This document shows, in pieces, positions 56,976-64,000 of a DNA stretch of 64,000 nt. Position numbers and translations under genes: made by a program. Below the pieces are notes generated by a model. It saw only the letters and a list, made by a program, of their open reading frames with translations. It was not told the DNA's origin and did no database searches. Positions within the stretch are counted from its first letter, which is position 1. Each line of letters opens with the position of its first letter. This stretch comes from Calditrichia bacterium. Its GTDB lineage: Bacteria; Calditrichota; Calditrichia; JAJRVZ01. The stretch spans positions 1 to 64,000 of the forward strand of contig CAVZSQ010000013.1 in NCBI GenBank assembly GCA_963777955.1. Reading direction: 5' to 3'.

Positions 56976-58499
56976 TTATTCTTCTCCGCTGCCGCGCATG
57001 GACATTACGACATTCCGGACATTATCTTTATCGGTTACATCGCACACCAGCACGTCACGCTGAGGCGGGATAGTGAGACTGGTCCGGATCTTGCGGAGTT
57101 GATTTGAATTATTCTTATCAAGATTGGTTACCGCACAGGCCCAGGGTACACCATAGGTCTTGATCAGATAATTCATCAGGTAATTCGAATATTCCAGCGC
57201 ATCCGGTTGCTCGGCATCAATCAGGAAAATATAGCCTAGTAATCCTTCTGATAATTTTTTAATAATACCTGTCAATTTCTTATCCAGACCGATGCCGAAA
57301 ACCTGTAAGTAAAAATCTTTATCCAGTTCGACTTTAGTAAAATCAAGATCCTGGTTGGTACGAACCCCGCTGCGGCTACCCTGATTTAAAAGCCGGATAA
57401 AATCTGTTTTACCACAGTTCTTGGTACCCAGAATCAGAAGTTTCCCGCTGAATAACTCCTGCGCATTCAGTTTGGCGCGCAATTCATTCACTTCTTTGGA
57501 AGAAAGCAGGCGTTCGGCTAAACCGGTTCCTTCGTATGATTCATCGACATAAAGATCTACTATTTCCCCGGCCATTTCCCGGAATTCCAGATTATTGCTG
57601 TTCTTTAACTGGATCAATTGTCCAAGTGTATCGAGCATTTTATAAGGGCTGAAACCGATGATGGCATTAATGCTGCGGAATTCGTTCATTTTATCGATGA
57701 AATCCTTAAAGACAGGATCTTTTTCAATCTGATACAGATCCCCCTGATGCACCACCCGAATCTGTTTATTAAGTCCTCCCAATTCCTGCAGCCGGGAGAA
57801 AAATACAGTGCGTACCTGTTCGCTGTGCAGCAGCAGACAGATATTGCTTAACTGGATGCGATTCCTGACCGTTTTCACAGGTAAGGAGCGCATACTGAAC
57901 CACCCTTTATTCCAGGTCAGCATATAGAAGATCGCATCATCCCCCTTGCGATATCCGGATACGGCATGATAGATATGCCCCATATTGAAATATATTTTCC
58001 CTGAGCCGAGCGGAGTTTGAATCCGCAAAACGCCGCTGCGTTTTTCTTTACCAAAAATATTGATCAATCCGGCCAGATTAAAATCCTGTAAACTACCGCT
58101 GAAACTCGTCCCTTTCAGTTCTTCGTCGGTTTCAACTTCAGCCAGAACATTTCTGCAGAAATGAACAATATCCGCTGATTCATAGAGATCATCCAATACC
58201 CGGTAGGCACCCATGCGGTAAAAAGCCAGGCGACGGGTAGCATCAGCAGGGACTTTATACAGAACGAATTTAGTTTTTCGGGCATCCTTGAACAACGAGA
58301 TTAAAGTAGGGCGATCCGCTTTAAGAATAATATTGTAATTTATTAAGATCAGCGATATAGGAAAAGATGCAATTTTGACAGCAGCATCGGCCAGATTATC
58401 AGATACTTTTAGATCAACATCGCCAGTTTTTAACAGGCTGGTTACTTTATCTGTAAAAGTATCCTGGCTGCTAAGAATTAATATTGTTTTTAAAGCCAT
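56976..58499 (-). CDS. Receiver-like + DUF4388 + MglA-like small GTPase domain protein
   Basis: FSGSLQDFNLAGLINI...RSGVLRI...GKIYFNMG...LTWNKGWF; C-terminal LLILGTKNCGKT, LDF, GYIFLID, CDV. Confidence 0.8.
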   Translation of the reverse strand: MALKTILILSSQDTFTDKVTSLLKTGDVDLKVSDNLADAAVKIASFPISLILINYNIILKADRPTLISLFKDARKTKFVLYKVPADATRRLAFYRMGAYRVLDDLYESADIVHFCRNVLAEVETDEELKGTSFSGSLQDFNLAGLINIFGKEKRSGVLRIQTPLGSGKIYFNMGHIYHAVSGYRKGDDAIFYMLTWNKGWFSMRSLPVKTVRNRIQLSNICLLLHSEQVRTVFFSRLQELGGLNKQIRVVHQGDLYQIEKDPVFKDFIDKMNEFRSINAIIGFSPYKMLDTLGQLIQLKNSNNLEFREMAGEIVDLYVDESYEGTGLAERLLSSKEVNELRAKLNAQELFSGKLLILGTKNCGKTDFIRLLNQGSRSGVRTNQDLDFTKVELDKDFYLQVFGIGLDKKLTGIIKKLSEGLLGYIFLIDAEQPDALEYSNYLMNYLIKTYGVPWACAVTNLDKNNSNQLRKIRTSLTIPPQRDVLVCDVTDKDNVRNVVMSMRGSGEE

Positions 58500-58539
58500 C
58501 GCCCCTTATCAGCGTTTGTGCTTATATTTGATAATTTTA

Positions 58540-58568
58540 AATTTACCGTTCCACAAAAAATATGTCAA
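58540..58568 (-). promoter_or_regulatory. Sigma70-type promoter of the DUF4388/GTPase operon
   Basis: Minus strand TTGACA-N17-TAAATT. Confidence 0.55.
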
Positions 58569-58587
58569 GTTATTTAATTATTACTGT

Positions 58588-58710
58588 TTATCTCTTAGTT
58601 CCTTAGTACCTGAGTACCTGAGTTCCTTAGAAACTTTGTCTCTTTGTCCCTACCTAGCGGTAGGTCTCCGGCCAGGCTTTGCCAGGCCTCCGATCTCTGT
58701 CTCTGTCTCG
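58588..58710. repeat. Imperfect 8-nt-period repeat tract downstream of trmH
   Basis: gttcctta gtacctga gtacctga gttcctta ... gtctcttt gtccct; same family as 3373, 5047 and 9056. Confidence 0.7.
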
Positions 58711-59250
58711 CTATCTTTGTCGGTTCAAATACTGTCCAAGTGCATAATACATTATGATCCCATAAGCCACCGATACATTAAGGGATTGTTTAAGGCCATA
58801 CATGGGTATTTCGATGGCAGCATCCGCCGTGGCAATCAATTCTTCAGATAATCCATCCACTTCATTTCCCAGCAGCAGACAGAACGGAAAATTAAATTTA
58901 AAATCGTAATATATTTTGCTGGAAGAAGTATGTTCCAGAGCTACGACAGCGATTTTTTCTTTCTTCAACTCCGTGATAATCTGTACAGGATTTTTAGCAT
59001 AAATCCACTCCACGGTATCCGTGGCCCCTAGTGCTGTCTTTTCAATTTCCCTGCGGGGCGGTGATCCAGTGTAACCGGTTAAATATAATTTCCTTAACAT
59101 CACCGCATCGGAGGTGCGAAAGACACTGCCGACATTGTATAAACTGCGGACATTTTCCAGCAGACAGTACATGGGATTTCTGGGCAGGTCTTCCAGCTGA
59201 ACCAGAGTAGGCCTGCGGGCAAAAATCTCCTGGTAGGTCAATTTCCGCAT
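58711..59250 (-). CDS. SpoU/TrmH-family RNA 2'-O-methyltransferase
   Basis: ENVRSLYNVGSVFRT, LGNEVDG, IPMYGLKQSLNVSVAYGI. Confidence 0.92.
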   Translation of the reverse strand: MRKLTYQEIFARRPTLVQLEDLPRNPMYCLLENVRSLYNVGSVFRTSDAVMLRKLYLTGYTGSPPRREIEKTALGATDTVEWIYAKNPVQIITELKKEKIAVVALEHTSSSKIYYDFKFNFPFCLLLGNEVDGLSEELIATADAAIEIPMYGLKQSLNVSVAYGIIMYYALGQYLNRQR

Positions 59251-60654
59251 TTATCTGCTCACTAATTCAGATACAGTTTCAATATGGAAAGTATGGGGAA
59301 ACATATCTACCGGCTGAACACGTTTTAACCGGTAGTTTTGAGTCAACTGTTTAATATCCCTGGCCATGGTGGCGGGATTACAGGAAACATAAATGATTTT
59401 CTTGGCAGCGCAACCGTTTAAAAAATCACATATCCTGGAATGCATCCCTGAGCGGGGCGGATCGGTTATCACCACCTGCGGCAGTTCTCTGACCTGCTTC
59501 AGGCTTGACAGTATATCACCGCTGATAAAACTGGTATTGGTCAGGCCGTTTTGTGCACTGTTATAGATGGCATCCTGAACGGCACTTTGTATCAGTTCAA
59601 AACCGATCACCCGCTCCACGTGTCTGGCCAGCAGCGAGGCGATTGTACCGGTACCGGAATAAAGATCCCAGACCAGTCCGCGGTTATCTAAATCAGCAAA
59701 CTCTATTACTGTATTATATAACGCCCGGGCCTGGTAGGAATTAGTCTGAAAAAAAGAATGAGCCGAGATTTTGAAGATCAGACCGTTGATCTTCTCGACA
59801 AGATGATCTTTACCGGCAATGACTATAGTCTCTTCACCGTAAGCGATCTGGGCCGGACGCGTATTAATCGTGTTTACGACTGAAGTTATTTGCGGGATAT
59901 CAGCCATAAGTTCGCCAGCCAGGGATTTTAATCGTTCCGGCGATCTGGTACTGGTCACCACTACCACCATAATTTCGTTTGTAGATATACTATGCCGGAT
60001 AACCAAAAAACGCAGATATCCTTCATGGGATTTATCACTATAGGCCGGTAATTTTTCACGGACACAAAAATTATCGACAATTCTTAAAACCTTATTGGCA
60101 CAGTCATTTTGCAGCAGGCAATGATCCACTTTCAGAATTTTATCATATGTGCCGGTCACATGTAAGCCCAGAACATACTGATCGTCCTTATTCTCCAGGG
60201 TCTTTTCTGCAGCGGTAAACCAGCGCCGGTCCGAGAAAGAAAATTCCATTTTATTTCTGTAACCCCAGACCGGTTCTGCCGGTACAGGATCTTTAATTTC
60301 ATAATCTTCGATTCCGGCCAGTTGTTTCAGACTCTCCCGGACATGTTCTTTCTTAAATTTTAACTGATCAGTATAAGATAAATTCTGCCAGGTGCAACCG
60401 CCGCATTCGCCGAAATATGGACAGGGTGCTGCAATACGCAACGGCGAGGATTTTATAATTTCAAGTAATTTAGCCTCTGCGTAATTTGGCCGGCGTTTGA
60501 CAATCCTTGCTTTAACCCGGTCTCCGGGCAGCGTCCGCCCGACAAAAATCACATATTCATCCAAACGGGTCAAACCCTTGCCACCGAAAGCCAGTTTTTC
60601 GATCTCCAGTTCCATTTCCTGATTTTTGGAAACGGGATATTTATTTGTGTTCAA
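59251..60654 (-). CDS. rlmD: 23S rRNA (uracil-C5)-methyltransferase RlmD
   Basis: TRAM domain, CPYFGECGGC, YRNKMEF, SFFQTN, DLYSGTG, DPPRSG, YVSCNPAT, DMFPHTFHIE. Confidence 0.93.
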   Translation of the reverse strand: MNTNKYPVSKNQEMELEIEKLAFGGKGLTRLDEYVIFVGRTLPGDRVKARIVKRRPNYAEAKLLEIIKSSPLRIAAPCPYFGECGGCTWQNLSYTDQLKFKKEHVRESLKQLAGIEDYEIKDPVPAEPVWGYRNKMEFSFSDRRWFTAAEKTLENKDDQYVLGLHVTGTYDKILKVDHCLLQNDCANKVLRIVDNFCVREKLPAYSDKSHEGYLRFLVIRHSISTNEIMVVVVTSTRSPERLKSLAGELMADIPQITSVVNTINTRPAQIAYGEETIVIAGKDHLVEKINGLIFKISAHSFFQTNSYQARALYNTVIEFADLDNRGLVWDLYSGTGTIASLLARHVERVIGFELIQSAVQDAIYNSAQNGLTNTSFISGDILSSLKQVRELPQVVITDPPRSGMHSRICDFLNGCAAKKIIYVSCNPATMARDIKQLTQNYRLKRVQPVDMFPHTFHIETVSELVSR

Positions 60655-62072
60655 TTTAAATCCTTCAATACCTGTTTTAAACTCAAGCCAAAGTCCGAGT
60701 CAGCGAAAGGGGCTAAATGCCTGCGGCTGGCATCATTCAATAAATGAGAAAATGACCGTAATTTATTAAACATCTCGTAATCAGCTTCCGAGCGCTGCAG
60801 GGGAAAGATGGTTTTATTGGTCAGCAGCGGATCGATATCCTCCGTGATCAAGCCGGCCGAACAGGCCCGTTTAAAATCCAGAGTGTGGGGGATTGGTGAA
60901 TAAGAAGCCAGTCGCAACCTGATGCCCAGATTATTTACGAAGATCATGCTGGCTAATATTTCCGCCAGTGATTGGCCTGGCAAGCCCATGATCACATAGG
61001 CTTCCAGTTCATACCGTTGAAAACCTGCCCTGACCAGATTTTCTACTGCCCGGATCATACCCTGCCTGGAAATCTTATGAAACATATCCTGCTGCCGCTG
61101 TTCATTCACCGTCTCAAAACTGAGACATATAGTTTTAAATCCTGAACGGAACATCAATTCAGCTAATTCTGCATCCAGATCGTTGGCGAACAGGCCGTTG
61201 GGTGCATGAAAACGCAGAGGCAATCGTCTTTCAATTATTTTTTGCAATATGATCTTGATATGCTTATCCGGTTTAATGAAAAGTGCGTCATCGTAAAAAG
61301 CAAAGTCGCGGATATTGAACGTTTTTAAATGATAGGCCAGTTCTTCTACCACCTGTTCCGGCCGGCGCTGGGTAAACGGCATCGCTACTAATTTCTGGGC
61401 ACAGAAAGAACAGTTGTAGGGACAACCCCGGGCCGTCAGGATGACTAGATAATCAGGATGCGCGATTAAATCAAAAGCCGGATAAGGATAATCATCCAGA
61501 GCGGCCGGCAGAACAAATGATTCGAGATCAAGAGAAAATAAATCTGCCAGCAATTTCAGCACAGTGATTTCTCCCGGGCCGGTTAGAACGTAATCAGGTC
61601 GTACGACCTGCCGGGCATGATCGGGTAAAAGGGTTGCATATACCCCACCCAGAATGATCGGCACATCGGGATATATGCTGCGCAGAATTTCTACCACCCG
61701 CTTGGGTCCCAGGTACCAGTAAGTCATCATCGAGGTGATCAGTATTGCATCCGGTTTCGCACGATCCCTGATTGCTTGCATAAATGCCGCTTCACTTATT
61801 CCGTACCGGGCAAAATGCCGGGGAATTTTACTTAATACCGGCGGTTTATCGATTATTTCACGGTGGAAATGACCGCGGCCGAACTTCCTGATCCTGGGCT
61901 TTTTTTCCTGCTGATACTTGTCCAGGCAATCGATATAGGAAATTTTGAATCCCTGTTGACGCAGGAAAGCAGCCAGATAAAGCAAACCCAGAGGTTTACT
62001 CCACAGGTCATAGGCGGTAAAATCATAAATCCAGGGATTAATCAGCAGCAGGTGTTTATCTGAAGACGACAT
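60651..62072 (-). CDS. B12-binding radical SAM protein
   Basis: LLINPWIYDF...KPLGLLYLAA, ILGGVYAT, TARGCPYNCSFC. Confidence 0.88.
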   Translation of the reverse strand: MSSSDKHLLLINPWIYDFTAYDLWSKPLGLLYLAAFLRQQGFKISYIDCLDKYQQEKKPRIRKFGRGHFHREIIDKPPVLSKIPRHFARYGISEAAFMQAIRDRAKPDAILITSMMTYWYLGPKRVVEILRSIYPDVPIILGGVYATLLPDHARQVVRPDYVLTGPGEITVLKLLADLFSLDLESFVLPAALDDYPYPAFDLIAHPDYLVILTARGCPYNCSFCAQKLVAMPFTQRRPEQVVEELAYHLKTFNIRDFAFYDDALFIKPDKHIKIILQKIIERRLPLRFHAPNGLFANDLDAELAELMFRSGFKTICLSFETVNEQRQQDMFHKISRQGMIRAVENLVRAGFQRYELEAYVIMGLPGQSLAEILASMIFVNNLGIRLRLASYSPIPHTLDFKRACSAGLITEDIDPLLTNKTIFPLQRSEADYEMFNKLRSFSHLLNDASRRHLAPFADSDFGLSLKQVLKDLN

Positions 62073-62097
62073 ACTGTTGGCAGAACATTAGCAAGGA

Positions 62098-63297
62098 TTA
62101 TGGCAGATCAGATTTTTCATCCGGATTTTCAATATTTTCTTCGCTGGTATCGGTTTTTTTCTTGCTCGTTTTCTTCGGTTTTGCCGCTTTACCAATTTTG
62201 AGTTCCTGAGCCGTTAACCGCTCCGGATGCAGGACCGGATGGATTATATCAACATGATAACGATTGACGATATCCACCCAGTGGTCTATTTCCTCTTTAA
62301 CAAAACGAATGGTTCCTTTTTCGGGATCAAAATAGCAGGGGAGTTCCTCATTGAAAGCACGCTTGGTCAGATCGAAGGGGCGGTCGTAACCTAAATACCG
62401 CGAAGCAGTAGCGGCATTCCACATTTTTGATTCATCTTCCGCATAGCCGGGTAACTTGTACTCCCAGGTACGTTTTAAATACTCACGCAGCCATTCCTCG
62501 TCGGTTTCCCTGATAGTATCCAGAATGGGCAGATACTGTTTACCCTGCAAGTAAGCTATCTGTGCCTGGCCGATCTTTACCAGCAGGTCATTCTCATTCA
62601 TAGCCTTCATTTTTTGGAAGACGGCGGTCGCTTCGCTGTAGCGATGTAATTTTATGTAGGCATGAGCCAGTTCATTCAGCCCCTGCATCGATTGCTCGGT
62701 TTCGGCATAGCGTTCATAATACGGCAGTGCTTCTTCAGCCCGGTGGCTTTTCAGCAGTGCTTCCGCCATATATTTATTGGCCAGCGGATGAGCCGGAGAA
62801 AAATTCAGAGCCTGGGTTAAATCATCAATAGCCGCCTGCCATAAATCCCCGTTCATCTTGTTAACACCGCGATTCAGATGTACATAAAATTTGGACTGAT
62901 CATCCAATGACTCATATTCATAATCGTTGTAATAAAAATCCATACTGCGGCTGCTAATCATGCGCACACGGCCGCGGGAATGTTTATTAGTATTGAATTC
63001 CTTTAAAATCTTGTTTAAAAACACATTCAGTTTTCGCTGTACTTCAGCCTCATTGGTTATCCGTACCGCCGGTTCCGATCCGTCTTTTACACCGTTAGTG
63101 AAAATTTCCTTGGCTTTATATACAACCTTATTTAAAAAATCATTAACCATGTTTTGCGGTGCATTGATGCGCATGTCAACCATGTGCCGCCCATACCCCC
63201 GGTCGGTAAAAAAGGAATAAGAAAGCGTTAAGCGATTTTCCTGATAAGACCACTTTTTTAAATATGTTGACAATAGATGTAAATTACCAGATTCCAT
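62098..63297 (-). CDS. TPR-repeat protein with C-terminal excisionase/MerR-like HTH
   Basis: TPR-like helices (AAIDDLTQALNFSP, EEALPYYERY, YSEATAVFQK); WNAATASRYLG...ELPCY...IRFVKEEIDHWV. Confidence 0.6.
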   Translation of the reverse strand: MESGNLHLLSTYLKKWSYQENRLTLSYSFFTDRGYGRHMVDMRINAPQNMVNDFLNKVVYKAKEIFTNGVKDGSEPAVRITNEAEVQRKLNVFLNKILKEFNTNKHSRGRVRMISSRSMDFYYNDYEYESLDDQSKFYVHLNRGVNKMNGDLWQAAIDDLTQALNFSPAHPLANKYMAEALLKSHRAEEALPYYERYAETEQSMQGLNELAHAYIKLHRYSEATAVFQKMKAMNENDLLVKIGQAQIAYLQGKQYLPILDTIRETDEEWLREYLKRTWEYKLPGYAEDESKMWNAATASRYLGYDRPFDLTKRAFNEELPCYFDPEKGTIRFVKEEIDHWVDIVNRYHVDIIHPVLHPERLTAQELKIGKAAKPKKTSKKKTDTSEENIENPDEKSDLP

Positions 63298-63527
63298 GTA
63301 TACTAATCTCCAATTTCCTGAATTTATTTAACTTAGCACAAAACAAGATGTGTCACTAGTCACAATTGATAATGAGCATTCCATAATTAGACGCTGAATT
63401 ATACTTAAAAATTCTATCATCGATGAAAAATCAACACATTTTTTACATGAAAAAATTGATTGAATAAAAAATGAAGTCTTTAAACTGATTTTAGACGTTA
63501 CAATGACCTATCACCGTGAGACATAGG

Positions 63528-63556
63528 AATATAGCTATTTCAAACTTTTTTGTCAA
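63528..63556 (-). promoter_or_regulatory. Sigma70-type promoter upstream of the TPR-rSAM-rlmD-trmH operon
   Basis: Minus strand TTGACA-N17-TATATT. Confidence 0.6.
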
Positions 63557-63571
63557 GGTGATTTATCAAAT

Positions 63572-64000
63572 CTAGATCTTCATCAGCTCCGCTAAGGTAT
63601 TAAAATATAACGCAGATAAGTCAGCGATTGGGATCGTAAACCAATTATTAAACTGGAATACATTTCCGCCCACCTGACCAACTCGATGCAGCGGGATATT
63701 AAGTTCACCAAAATGTTTTTCCAGGGCATTTTTATGTTCAGCAGCCGCAGAAATAATAAAACGCGACTGGCTCTCGCTGAAACATAATACGTCGGGACGC
63801 AGCGCTGAAAACATATTCGCGCTTAAGCCAAACATTCGCTCCTGATTACCTATGCAACATTCGGCCAGCGCGATGATTAGACCGCCATCGGCTAGATCAT
63901 GGGCAGATTTCACCAAACCTTTGCGGATAGCGCTTAATACACTGTCCTGTGTCTGTTTTTCCAGTTGCAGATCAAGATTGGGGGGTAATCCGGCCACTTT
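63572..64000 (-). CDS. purL: Phosphoribosylformylglycinamidine synthase subunit PurL, C-terminal part (truncated by window edge)
   Basis: PNLDL..E, SAHDLADGGL...LAECC, FSESQSRFII, VGQVGG. Confidence 0.88.
   Translation of the reverse strand, partial: KVAGLPPNLDLQLEKQTQDSVLSAIRKGLVKSAHDLADGGLIIALAECCIGNQERMFGLSANMFSALRPDVLCFSESQSRFIISAAAEHKNALEKHFGELNIPLHRVGQVGGNVFQFNNWFTIPIADLSALYFNTLAELMKI

Noticed and set aside
1..64000. Prophage, IS, integrase, DGR/retron, rRNA or tRNA
   Set aside because: No recognisable signature in the ORFs or intergenic regions by eye

Overview
Bacterial chromosomal window, most likely from an FCB-superphylum lineage such as Calditrichota/KSB1. This is inferred from several secreted proteins ending in a 'QNYPNPFNP...SGIYLY...KMxLxK' C-terminal domain, a PorV-like gene and a mitochondrial-type aconitase. 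Housekeeping genes (aconitase, ispG, nrnA, pgsA-pgpA-cinA-dinG-hutH, guaB, uvrC, trmH-rlmD, purL) alternate with accessory blocks: (i) a GH30 lipoprotein; (ii) two giant paralogous secreted BNR/FN3 proteins, one with LRR and Ig domains, behind a CsgG-PEGA gene; (iii) an AT-rich SDR/metallophosphoesterase/ATP-grasp operon; (iv) an apbE-GT-C-gtrB-gtrA-PAP2 glycosylation operon; (v) a ~15 kb RpiR-led locus with M20 peptidase, lipoprotein cyanophycinase, YfcC transporter and a SusD-less TonB-receptor/CTD-protein/PorV module, converging on an M14 peptidase and an NSAR/OSBS racemase, which is a candidate cyanophycin/isopeptide utilisation system; (vi) a three-gene DUF4388 / MglA-like GTPase / pseudo-GTPase operon. 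Intergenic regions carry dispersed 8-nt-period repeat tracts and REP-like palindromes. Many genes are broken by small indels, which look like uncorrected long-read errors rather than real pseudogenes. No rRNA, tRNA, CRISPR array, transposase or phage gene was recognised. All family calls are by motif recognition; no database search was run.
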